Source of the DNA: the human T2T-CHM13v2.0 reference genome, Homo sapiens
Strand: one strand, 5' to 3'
Length of the DNA stretch: 64,000 bases
Assembly: GCF_009914755.1 (NCBI RefSeq)
Contig: NC_060927.1
The position numbers and the translations under genes are program-made. Every line of letters starts with the position of its first letter. Positions within the stretch are counted from its first letter, which is position 1. The notes under the pieces are model-generated. The model made no database searches, was not told the DNA's origin, and worked only from the letters and a program-made list of their open reading frames with translations. Below are positions 1 to 12,900 of this stretch, one piece after another.

Positions 1-500
1 ACATCTGCCACAGGGCCTTTGCACTTGCAGTTCTCTCCCCTGGGAGCATTCTTCCACACAGACCTTCACTCCAAGGTCCCTGCTCCAGGGGAGACCAGGA
101 ACCTTTGAGCCTTAGTTTCCCCATCCATGAAAAGGGGCTAATGATGGTCCCTGCTTCAAGTTGCAGCTCTGGGAATTAAGCAAGATAAAGGTCTTAGCAC
201 ACAGCAGGTGCTCCTCCTTGAGTTCAGGTTCTTGAGTTCAGATAGCCTCTCTGACCATCGTATCTAAAATAGACCCCATGGTCACTCTCTGTCCTCTTAC
301 CCTGTTTTATTTTTCCCTATGTATATTGGTTTCTTGATGTGTATTTACTGCCTGTCTCCCTTGCTGGAGCAGGAGCTTGGGAGGGCAGGGGCCATGTCTG
401 TCTTGTCCACTGGGGGATGCTAGTACCCCCAGTGTCCAGTGCATGGGAGCCCCACTCAAGAAACAGCCGTTGGATGACTGAGTGAATAGATGTATGAAGA
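1..500. mobile_element. Degraded L2 and MIR fragments
   Basis: L2 3'-end-like motifs (cagggcctttgcacttgc; ccccagtgtccagtgcatgg...gttggatgactgagtgaat) and a MIR core (ctttgagccttagtttccccatccatgaaaagggg, ~105-215). Confidence 0.55.
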
Positions 501-680
501 ACCTTCTAATGTGGCCCTCATTAAAATGCCTCATCACCATCATTTTATACCTTTCTTGCACCAAACAAATTGGGAACTCCTTTAGGGCAGGGGCATGTGT
601 TGTCCTGCTACGTGCCCCCAGCACCTATCATCAGGTCTATGTCAGATGATGTGCTCGATAATCCACAATAAATAAGCCAA

Positions 681-920
681 TGTGGTACTGTGTTTGCAAA
701 GACAGCTCCCACAAATTCCTCCCTTCCTGGCCACCATGCCTCTCCAAGGTGGGACGTGTCCCTTCCTCCCACCCATAGCCTGGGCTACTTCCCCTCCCCT
801 TGGACACATGACTTTATTTGGCCAATAGAAGGTGGGGGAAGTGATGGCTGTGCCTCAAGACACCTTGGGGCTTCTGCTTCACTCTTGAAGCACAGCCTCA
901 GATGCCATGCACAGAAGCTG
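681..920 (+). mobile_element. MLT1 (MaLR, MLT1G/H-like) LTR, 5' portion
   Basis: Starts TGTGG and contains MLT1-type motifs cttcccctccccttgg, tgactttatttggccaatagaaggtgggggaagtgatg, gcttctgcttcactcttgaa and gccatg, then runs directly into the tandem array. Confidence 0.75.
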
Positions 921-3900
921 TGATTGGGGCACATGGAGGAGACAAAGGGGACCTTGGTGTGAGAGGCTGGTCTACCACTGGGGTGGGCGCACGACAGGGA
1001 ACTGAGAGGACCACTGAGTGAGGAGGCTGGCCTACCATTGGGGTGGGGGCACATGGAGGAAACTGAGGAGACACCCAAGTTATGGGGCTGGTCTACCATG
1101 AAAGTGGGAGAAGGTGGAGGAAACCGAGAGAACCCCCATATGGGGAGGCTGCTCTACCTTTAGGGGGACACGTGGAGGAAACAGAACCCGCATGTAAGGA
1201 GGCTGGTCTACCATAGGGGCGGGGGCAGGTGGAAGGGACTGAGGGGACTCTCGTATTAGAGGGCTGGTCTACTGTGGGGGTTATGTGGAGGGAACTGAGG
1301 GGACCCCCATGTGAGGAGACTGGTCTACCATTAAGGTGGGGTCACATAGAGGGAACCGAGGGAATGTCCATGAAAACAGGCTGGTCTACCACTGGGGTGG
1401 GGGCACTTGGAGAGAACTGAGGAAACCCCTGTGTGAGAAGGCTAGTCTACCATTGGGGTAGGGGGACTTGGAGTTGAACTGAAAGGACCCCTGTATGAGG
1501 AGGCTGGCCTACCATCATAGTGGGAGCACATGGAGAAAACTGAGGAAGCCCCCATGTTAGGAGGTTGGTCTACCATTGGGGCAAAAATCACGTGGCGATG
1601 ATTGAGAAGACCCATGCGTGAGAAGGCTAGTCAACAATTGGGGTAGGGGGACTTAGAGTAGAACTGAAAGAATTCTTGGGTGAGGAGGCTGGTCTACCAT
1701 TGGCATGAAACGTGGGATGAAAAGGGCAATGTGGAGTTAACTGAGGATAACCATGTGAGGAGGCTGGTCTACCACTGACATGGGGGCACGTGGAGAGGGA
1801 CGGAGGGGATTCTTGTGTGAGGAGGCTGGTCTACCATTGGGGAGGTCACATGGAGGGAGCTGAGGGGACCTCTGGATGAGGCAAGTAGTCTACCATTGTA
1901 GTGGGGCCACGTGGAGGAAACTGAGGGTATACCCATGTGAGAAGGCTGGTCTACCATTAGGGTGGGGGGCCATGTGGAAATAATTGAGAAGGCCCGAATG
2001 TGAGTAGGTCATTCTACCATTGGGGTGAGAGCACATGGAGGGAACTGAGGGGATCCCAGTGTGAGGAGGCTGGTCTACCGTTGAGGGGTCCCCATGGACG
2101 GGAACTGAGGGGAAACCCATGTGAAGAGGCTTGTCTACCATTCGGGGGGCACATGGAGGGAAATGAGGGGACCCCCATATGAGGAGGCTGGTCTATCATT
2201 GAGAAGGCCACATAGAGGGGAACTGAGGGAACCCATATGTGAGAAAGCTGGTCTACTGTGGGGGGGATGTGGAGGAAATTGAGGGGGCCCACATGTAAGG
2301 TAGTTTGTCTGTCATTGGGGTGGGAGCACTTTAAGGGTACTGAAAGGACCCCCATGTGAGGAGGCTCATCTATCGTTGGTTGGGTACATATGGAGAGAAC
2401 TGAAGGGACACCCAAGTGAGGAGGCTGGTCTACCATAAAGGTGAGGGTACGTGGAGGAAACTGAGAGAGCCCTCATGTAAGGAGGCTCATCTACCATTGG
2501 GCTAAGGGCAATATGGAGATAACTGAGAAGGCCAGTGTGTGAGGAGGCTGGTCTACCCTTGGGATGAGGAGGGTTTTCTACCACTGAGGGGCCATGAGAA
2601 GGGAACTGAAAGAATCCCCTTGTGAGAAGGCTGGTTTACCATTAAGAAGGGAATGTGGACAGAAGTGAGGGGACCTCATGTGAGGAGGCTGGTCCACCAT
2701 TAGGGAGGGCCATGTGGAGGGAACTGATGGGACCCCAGTGTGAGGAGGCTGCCCTACCATTGAGGAGGCCGTGTCTAGATAACTGAGTAAACTACTGTGT
2801 GAGAAGGCTGATCTACCACTGGGGGGCCAAGTTGAGGCAACTGAGGGGGCCCCCATGTTAGGATGCTGGTCTACAACTCCGGTAGAGGCATGTGGAGAAA
2901 ACTGAGTGAAAACTTGTATGAGGAGGCTGTTCTACCATTGAAGTAAAGGCACATGGAGGAAACTTAGGGAGAAATAAAGGCACATGTGAGAAAACTGGCC
3001 TACCTTTTGGGGGGTCACCGAAAGCAAACTTAGGGGACCCTCATATGAGGAGGCGGGTCTACCACTGGAAGGGTCTCCATAGAGGGAACTGAAGAAACCA
3101 CCGTGTGATGCAGCTGGTCCACAATTTGCTGGGGTGGGGGGCGGGGTGGGGAGGCACACATGGAAAGAACTGAGGAAATGGCCATGTAAGAAGGCTTGCA
3201 TACCATTGAGGTGGGGGCATGTGGATGGAACTGAGAAGACCCCTGTGTGAGGTGGTTGGCCTTTCATTGGGGTGGCAGCACATGGAGGAAAACAGAGGAA
3301 ACCACTGGTGGGGAGGCAGATCTACTATTGGGAACTGTGGAGACCTTCATGTGAGAAGGCTGGTGTACCATTGGTGGCGCCATGTGGAAAGAAATAAGGG
3401 GATTCCCGTGTGAGGAGACTGGTCTATCATTGGGGGCCAAGTGAAAAGAACTGAGGGGACCCCCACTTGAGGAGGCTGGTCTACAATTAGGGTGGGGGGA
3501 CAAGGAAAAAATTGAGGGATCTGCAATTAGGGTGGGGGGACAAGGAAAAAATTGAGGGACCTTCATGTGAGGAACTGGTCTACTATTATGGGGGCATGTG
3601 GAGAGAACTGAGTGAACCTCTGTGTAAGAAGGGTGGTCTACTATTGAGGGCGCCACATAGAGGGAACTGAGGAAACACCCATGTGAGAAGGAATGTATAC
3701 CCTTTGGGTGGAGGCACATATAGAGAACTGAGGGGACCCCTGTATGAGGAGGCTGGTCTACCATTGGGGTTGGGGCATGTGGAGGGAACTGAAGGGATGC
3801 CTGTGTGAGGAGGCTTGTCTGTCATTGAGGAGGCCATGTGAAGGGAACTGAGGAGACCCCGTGTGAGGAGGCTGATCTACCACTGGGATGGGGGCACATA

Positions 3901-6900
3901 GAGGGAACTGAGGGGTCCCTCGTGTGAGGAGGCTGGTTTACCATTGAGTAAGTTATGTGGTGAGAACAAGGGGACCCCCATGTGAGGAGGCTGTTCTAAC
4001 ATTAAAAAGGTAGGGAACTGAGAGGATCCAGTGTGAGGAGACTGGTCTACCATTGGGTGGGCACTTGAGAGGAGGCTGAGTCAAAACAACTGTGAGGAGG
4101 CTGGTCTACCACCAGGGTGGGAGCACATGGAGGGAACTGAGGAAACTCTTGTGAGAGAAAGCTGCTTTATCATTGGGGCAGAGGCACATAAAGAGAAACT
4201 GGGGAATCCCTGTGTGAAGAGGCTGGTCTTTCATTGAGGGGGCATGTGGAGAGAACTGAGAAAATCCCTATGTAAGGAGGCTGGTCTACCATTGTAGATG
4301 GGGCACATGGACAGAAGCACTGTGTGAGAAGGCTGGTTTACCATTGGAGGGGGGCATGTGGAGGAAACTGAGAGGAACACCATGTAAAAAGGCTGGCCTA
4401 CCACTGTGGTGGGGGCGCGTAGAGGGAACTAAGGAGTCCCCCATGTAAGGTGGCTGGTTTACCATTGAGCAGGCCACGTGGAGGGAAATGAGTGGTCCCT
4501 TATGTGAGGAGGCTGTTCTATGACTGGGGTGGGGCCACCTGGAGAGGAGATGAGTGGACTTTTGTGTAAGAAGGCTGGTGTACATTGAGGGGGGGTCACC
4601 TAGAGGGAACTGAGGAAACACCCCTGCAAGGGAGGAGGCTGGTCTACCATTGGAGGGGACTGTGTGGAGGAAACTGAGTGGGCCCCCTTGTGAGACATCT
4701 GGTCTACCATTATGATAGGGGCATGTGGAGTAAACTGAGGGGTCCCCCATGTGAGGAGGCTGGTCTACTCTTGGGGTGGGGGCCTTGGAATGGAAATGAA
4801 AAAAACCCCATGTAAGGAGGCTGGTCTACCATGGGGAGTACACGTGGAGGGAACTGAGAGGACCCCTAAGTGAGGAAGCTGGTGTATCATTGAGGGTCCA
4901 CATGGAGGGTACTGAAGAGACCCCCATGTGAGGAGGCTCTTTTATTATCGGGATGTGGGCACATGGAGAAAACTGAGAAAAGGCTGGTCTACCACTGAGG
5001 GGGCCCTGTAGAGGGTACTAAGGGGCCCTTCATGTGATGAGGCTGGTCTACTATTGAGGGGGCCAAATGGAAAGAACTGAGGGGACCATCGTGGGAGGAG
5101 ACTGGTATACCATTGAGGTGTAAGCATGTGGAGGAAATTGAAAGAACCCCCAGTTGAGGAGGCTGTCCTACCTTTAGGGAGTCTCATGGAGGGTACTGTT
5201 GGAACCCCCATGTTGGGAGGCTGGCCAACCATTGGGTCTGGGGCACTTGGAGGGAACTGAGGGGACCCTGGTTTGAGGAGGCACCTGTGTGATGGGGGCT
5301 TTGGGAGGAAGCTGAGGTACCCCTGTGTGAGTAGGCTTGTCTACCACTGGGGGAATCACGTGGAGAGAACTGAGGTGACCCTTTTGTGAGGAAGCTGGTT
5401 TACTGTTGGGGTGAAAGCACATGGAGAAAACTGAGGGTACCCCCTTGTGAGGAGGCTGGTCTACCATTTAAAAGGCCACATGGAGAGAACTGAGGGGACA
5501 TCTGTGTATGGAGGCTGGTCTACCAGTGAGGGGGCAATGTGGAAGGAATTGAGGGGACGCATAAGTGAGGTGGCTGGTCTACCATTAAGTTGGGGACATG
5601 TGAAGGAAAGAGAGGGGATCCCCCCCGTGAGGAGGCTGTTCTATCATTGGGGGACCATGTGGAGGGAACTGAGGGGACCCCCCCCGTAAGAAGGCTTATC
5701 TACCACTGGGGTAGCAGCACATTGAAGTAAATGAGGGGACCCCCGTGTGACAAGTCTGGTCTACCTTTGGGGTGGGGGCACATAGAGGGGAACTAAGGGG
5801 ATCCCCGTTTGAGAAGACTGGTCTACCATCAGGGTGGGGGCACTTGGAGGGAACTGAGGAAACCCCTATATGAGGGGATTGGTAGATCACTGGGGTTAGG
5901 AAATGTGTAGGGAAATTGAAATGACCCCTGTAAGGAAGGCACATGAAAAATACTGAGGGGATCCCCGTGTGAGGCAGCTGGTCTACTATTATGGTGAGGG
6001 CACATAGAGGAACCTGAGGGGACCCTCGTGTGGAGAGGCTGGTCTATCATTGTGGTAGAGCCCACATGGAGATAATTGAGAAAACCTGTGTGTGAGGAGG
6101 CTGGTCTACCATTGGGTGGGTACATGTGGGGAACAGAGGGGAAGCCCATGTGAGGAGGCTTGTTTACCATTGGGGTAGGGTAACATGGAGGTGAGTGATG
6201 GGACTCCTGTGTGAGAAGGCTGGTCTACCTTTGGGGTGGGGGCACGTTGAAGGAAACTAAGGGGACCCCTTTGTGAGAAGACCAGTCTACCATTGGGGGG
6301 CACATGGAGAAAGCTGAGGGGATGCCCACGTGAGAAGGCTTGTCTATGATTGGCTTCGGGGCACATGGCCATAACTGAGGAAACCCCAATGTGAGGCGGG
6401 TGGTTTACCATTGGGGTTAGGAAACACGGAGGGCAACTAAAAGAACTCCAGTGTGAGAAGGCTGGCCTGCCATTGGGGGGTACATGGAGGGAATTGAAAG
6501 GATTTCCATTGAGGAGGCTGGTCTACCATTGGGTTGGGGGCACGTGAAGGGGAACTGAATGGATTCCCATGTAAGGAGGTTGGTCTACCATTGTGTGTGG
6601 TGGGGGCACATGGAGAAAACTCAGAGGACATCCATGTAAGGAGGCTGGTCTATTATTGGGGTAGGGACAAGTAGAGGTAACTGAGGGGAATCCCTGTGTA
6701 GGGAGACTGGTCTACCATTGAGGGAGCCCTGTGGAGAAAACTGAGGAAATTCCATGTGAGGAGCATTGTCTACCATATAGGTGAGGGCACGTGGAGGAAA
6801 CTGAGAGAATTCCCGAGTGAGGAGGCTAGTTTACCATTGAGGTAATCACATTTAGGACACCAAGGAAACCCTCATGTGAGGAGGCTAGTATACCACTGGG

Positions 6901-9900
6901 GTGGGGGAATGGGGAAGTAACCGAGGAGACCCCCATGTGAGGAGGCATGTTTACCATTGGGGTGGAGGTACATGAGGGAAATTGAGGGGACCCCCGTGTT
7001 AGGAGGCTTGTCTGGCATTAAGAGAACCACGTGGAGAAAACTGAGGGAACCCACATGGGAGGAAACTGATTTACCATTGGGATGGAGGCACGTGGGGGGA
7101 ACTGGGGGAACCCCCCTGTGAGAAGGCTGGTCTACCATTGAGGAGGTTACGTGGAGGGAACTGAGGGGGCCTACATGTGAGGCGGCTGGTCTACCACTGG
7201 CAGGTAGCACATGGAGGGAACTGAGGGGGTCCTCGTGTGAGAAGGCTGGTCTACCATTGAAAAGGCTACATGGAGGGAACTGAAGGGGCTCCTGTGTGAG
7301 GAGACAGGTCTACCATTGAGGGAATCATGTGGAGGGAAGTGAGGAGACCCTCCTGTGAGGTAGCTGGTCTACCATTGGGTTGGGGGCACTTGAAGGGAAC
7401 TGAGGGGGCCCTTGTGCTAGGAGGCTGATCTATCATTAGGGGGGGTCATATGGAACAAACTGACTGGACACCAAAGTGAGGAGAGTGGTCTACCATAGAG
7501 GTTAAAGCATAAAAAGGAAAGAGAGCCTCTGTGTGAGGAGGCTAGTCTACCATTGATGGGGGCACATTGAGGGAACTGAGGGGATCCCTATCTGAGGAGG
7601 TGGGTCTACCATTGGTGTGGGGAGATGCGGAGGGAACAGAGAGGATTCCTTTGTGAGGAGGCTTGTCTACAACTGAAGTTGGAGCACATGAAGAGAACTG
7701 AGGGAACCCCTCATGTGAGGCAGATGATCTACCACTGAGGAGGGGGATGAGGAGGAAACTGACAAGACCCCCATGTAAGGCCAGTCTGTTATTGGGGTGG
7801 AGGGCACCTGGAGGAAATTGAGGGGAGCCCCATGTGAGGAGGCTTTTCTATCATTGTGATGGGGAAACGTGGAGAGGAACTGGGTGGATCTTCGTGTGAA
7901 GAGGCTGGTCTACCATTGGAGGGGGCCACGTGGACATAACTGAGGAAATCCCCATGTAAGGAGGCTGGTCTACCTTTGGGGAGCCATGTGGAGGGAAGTA
8001 AGTGCACCCCCTTTTGAGGCATCTGGTCTACCACTGTGGTGGGGGCACATGGGGAAAACTGAGAGGATCCCTATGTAAGGAGCCTGGTTTACCTTTGTGG
8101 TGGGGGCACGTGGAGGTAACCGAGGGAACCCCCCTGTGAGGAGGCTGGTCTATCATTGGAGGGTGGTTATGTGGAGGGAATGGAGGAAACCTTCTTGTGA
8201 GGAGGACTGTTTATCATTGGAGATCACATGGAGGAAACTCAGAGAACCCCCTTGTGAGGAGTCTAGTCTACCTTTGAGGTAATCATGCTTAGGGCACTGA
8301 GAAAACCCCCATGTGAGGTGGCTAGTATACAATTGGGGTGAGAGAATGTGGAGGGAACTGAGGGGATCCCCCTGTGTAAAGCGTCTGATCTACCATTGAG
8401 GGTGCATGTGAGGGGAACTGAGAAGATGCCCAAGTGAGGAGGCTGGTCTACCATTGAGGGGGATATGTGGAGGGAACTAAGGGGACCCCTGTGTGGGGAG
8501 GCTGGTCTACCATTGGGATGGGGGCATGTGGTGATAACTGAGGGGACCCCCATGTGAGGAGGCTTGTATACCTTTGAGTGGGCCACATGGATGGAACTGA
8601 GGGGACCTACATGTGAGAGGGCTGGTTTACCATGGTGTTGGGGGCATGTGGAGGGAACTGAGGGGATGCCAATGAAAGAAGTCTGGCCTACCATTAGGAA
8701 TGGGGAATGTGGATAGAAGTGAGGAAACCCTTGTGTGAGGAGACTGATTTACCATTGGGGTGGGGGGACTTGAAGTGGAACTAAAAAGACCCCTGTGTGA
8801 GGAGGTGGGTCTACCACTGGGGGTCATGTGTAGGAAACTGAGAGGATCCCTGAGTGAGGAGCCTGATCTATCATTGAGGGGACCACGTGGAGGGAACTGA
8901 GGAAACCCTGGGTGAGGAAGCTGGTCTACCATTGAGGGGGCCACAAGGATACTGAGGGGACCCCCGTGTGAGGAGGCTGGTCTACCATTGAAAAGGCCAT
9001 GTGAAGGAAACTGAGAGAATGCTTGTGTGATGAGGCTGGTCCACCACTGATGGGGCCACGTGGAGGGAACTGAGGGGTCCCTCTTGTGAGGTGGCTGGTC
9101 TACCATTGGGTTGGGAGTGAGTGAAGGAAACTGAGAGGACCCTTGTGCTAGGAGGCTGTTCTATTATTGTGGATGGAGGTGATGTGGAGGGAACTGAGTG
9201 GACACCCAACTGAAGAGACTGGTTTACCATAGGGGTGGGGGCATGTGGAGAAAACAGAGAACCCCCATATAAGGGGGCTGCTTTTTCACTGAGCAGGGCA
9301 CATTGAGGGAACTGAAGAAATTCCTGTGTGAGGAGGCTTGTCTACCACTCAGTGGGCTATGTAGAGGAAACTGAGAGGACCCCTATGTGAGGTGGCCAGT
9401 CTACCATTGTGGTGGGGGCACATGGAGGAAACTGGGGGTATCCCCTGTGTGAGGTGTCTGGTCTACCATTTGGGTTGGGGCCTTGTAGAGATAAGTGAGA
9501 AAACCTGCGTGTGAAGGGACTGAGGGGAACTGAAAAGAGTGGTCTACCACGGGGTTGGGGGCACCTCAAAGGAAGTAAGGGAACCTTTGTGTGGGGAGGC
9601 TAGTCTACCTTTGAGGGGGGCTACATGAAAGGAAACAGAGGAAACCCATGTGAGGAAAGTGGCCTACCTTTGCAGCGGCCACAAGGAGGGAAGTGTGGGG
9701 ACCACTATGTAAGGAGACTGGTCTATTATTGAGGGGGCCACATGGAGGGGAATAGAGGGGATCAGCATGTGAGGAGGCTGGTCTACCATGGAAGAGGATG
9801 TGGAGGGAACTGAGGGGACCTGCATTTGAGGAGGTTGGTCTACCATTAAGGGTCCACATGAACAGGAACTAAGACATCTGTGTGAGGTGGCTGGTCTACT

Positions 9901-12900
9901 ATTGTTGGGGGCATGTGGAAGAAATGGAGTGGACTTCCCCCTTGTGAGATATCTGGTCCACCATTGTGGTGGAGGCACATGGAGGAAACTGAGGGACTCC
10001 TGTGTGAGGATGCTGGTCTACCATTGGGCTGGGGGCATGTGAAGAGAAACTGAGGGAATCCCCATGTGAGGAGGCTTGTCTACCATTAAAAGGGCCACAT
10101 GGAGGAAAGTGAGGGCACCCTTGTCTTAGAAGGCTGGTCTACCTTTGAGTGAACCACATGAAGTGAACTGAGGGGAACCCCTTGAGAGGTGGCTGGTCTA
10201 TTATTCTTGGGAGCACGTGGAGGGAACTGAGGGGACCCCATGAAAGAAGGCTGGTCTACTACTGCGATTGGGGGGTATGTGGAGAGAACTGAGGAAACTC
10301 GGTAGTGAAGCTGCTTGTCTACCATTGGGTGAGCACATGGAGGGAACTGAGGGGACCCCCATGTGAAGAGTCTGATCTACCACTGTGATGGGAGCATGTG
10401 GAGGGAACTGAGGGGACCCCCATGTGAAGAGTCTGATCTACCACTGTGATGGGAGCATGTGGAGGGAACTGAGGGGACCCCCATGTGAACAGTCTGATCT
10501 ACCACTGTGATGGGAGCATGTGGAGGGAACTGAGGGGACCTTTATGTGGGGAGGCTTGTCTATCACTGTGGTAGGGGCTTGTGAAGGGAAACGACCCCTT
10601 CCCCCACCCCTTGTGAGCACGTTGGTCTACCATTGCGGGGGCTTGAGAAGAAAACTGAAGGAACTCCTGCGTGAGGTAGTTCATATACCTTTGAACAGGC
10701 CACATGGAGGGAATTGAGTGCACCCACGTGTTAAGTGTCTGGTCTACCACTGGGGGAAGCATATTGAGGGAACTAAGGAGATGCCCATGAAAGGAGGCCG
10801 GTGTACCACTGGGGTTGGGTCACATGGAGGGAAATGAGGAAAATCCCATGTGAGGAGGCTTGTCTACCATTGAGGTGGGGGGACTGAGAAGACCCCCATT
10901 TGAGGAGGCTGATTTTTATTCAGTGAGCCACGTGAAGAAAACTGATGGGACCCCCATGTGAAGAGGCTGATTAACCATTGGGGTGGAGCCTCCACTAGGG
11001 TGGAGGCATGTGGAGAAAACTGCAGGAAACTTCAAGTGAGAAGGCTGATCTAACATTTGAGGGAACCCCCGTTTGAGGAGGCTGTTCTACCACTGAGGTG
11101 GGGGCACCTGGAGAGGTAATGGGTGGATCTTTGTGTGAGGAGCCTGGTCTACCACTGGGGTGGGGATATAAGAAGACAAACTGAGGGAATCTCTGTGTGA
11201 GGAGGCTGGTCTTTCATTGAGGGGGCACGTGGAGGAAACTGAGAAGATCACCATGTGAGGAGGCTGGTCTTCCATGGGAATGGGGGCAAGTGGAGAAAAC
11301 TGAACAGGCTCTCATGTGAAGTGTTTGGCCTACCATTATGGTGGGGTCATGTGGAGGAAACTGAGGGGACCCCAATGTGAGGAGGCTGGTCTAACATTGA
11401 GAGGGCACATGGAGAAAACTGAGAGGGTTGCCATATAAGCAGGCTGGTGGTACCACATGGAGAAAACTGAGGTGACTTTGTTGTGAGGAGGCTGGTATAC
11501 CTTTGGGGGGGCCACGTGGAGGAAATTGAATGGACACCCCCTTTGAGGTGTCTGGTCTACCATTGTGGTGGGGGCACGTGGTGGAAACTGAGGGGACCCC
11601 ATCTGAGAAGGCTGTCTACCATTTGGGGGGCTAAGTGGAGGAAACTGAGGGGACACCCATGTGAGGAGGCTGGTCTACCATCGAGGTGGGAGAATGTGGA
11701 GGAAACTGAGAGAACCCCCTTGTGAGGAGGCTTGACTACCTTTGGGGTGGGGGATCATGAAGGGAACTGAGAGGACCCCCATATTAGGAGGCTGGCCTAC
11801 CATTGAGGGAACCATGTGGAGAAAACTGATGGGAACCACACATGAGGAGGCTGATCTACCACTGGTGTGGGGGCACATGGAGGGAACTGAGGGAACTCCC
11901 ATCTGAGAAGGTTGGTCTATTATTGGGTGGGGTTATGTGGAGGGAACTGAGGGAACATTCACGTGAGGAGGCTGGTCTACCATTGGGAGGCCACCTAGGG
12001 AGAACTGAGGGGATCCCCATATGAGGTGGCTGGTCTACCAATGGGGGAATCACGTCTAGGGCACTGAGGAAATCCTTGTGTGAGGAGCCTAGTATACCAG
12101 TGGAATGGGAGTTCTTGGAGGAAATTGAGGGCACCCCTTTGTGGAGGTGCTTGTCTACCATTGGGGTGGGGGCACTTGGAGGGAACTGGGGAGACACCCA
12201 TGTGAGAAGGCTGGTGTACCATAGCGGTGGGGACACGTGGAGGAAACTGAGGAAACCCCTGTGTGAGGAGGCTGATCTACCATTGGCGGACCACCTGGAG
12301 GAAACTGAGAGGACCCCCATGTGAGGCAACTGGTCTTCCATGGTGGGGCACATGACAGAAACTGAGAAGACATTCATCTGAGGAGGCTGGTCTACAATTG
12401 AGGGGGACCTGTGGAGGGTAGTCTGTGTGAGGAGGCTGGTCTGCCCTTGAGGTGGCCGAGTAGAAAGAAGAGAGGAAACCCTCGTGTGAGGAGGCTAGTA
12501 TACCATTGGTGTGGGGGCATATGGAGGGAACTGAGGGAACCTCCTCATGTGAGGAGGGTGGTTTACCATTGGGAAGGCTGTATTGATAGAACCCCCATCT
12601 GGGGAGGCTCATCTAACACTGGGGTGGGGGCACATGGAAGGAACTGAGTGGACCCTTATGTGAGAAGGCTGGTCTACCTTTGTGGTGGGGGCTTTTGGAG
12701 GAACTGGAGGGGACACCCATGTAAGGACACTTGTCTATTATTGGGGTGGGAGCACGTGAAGGGAACTGAGGGGATGCTTCTGTGAGGAGAGTGGTCTTTT
12801 GTTGAGGGGGTCACATGGAGGGAAACCGAGGGAACCCCCGTATGAGGAGGCTGGTCTACCATTGAGGGGGCCACATTAAGAAAACTGAGGGTACCTGATT

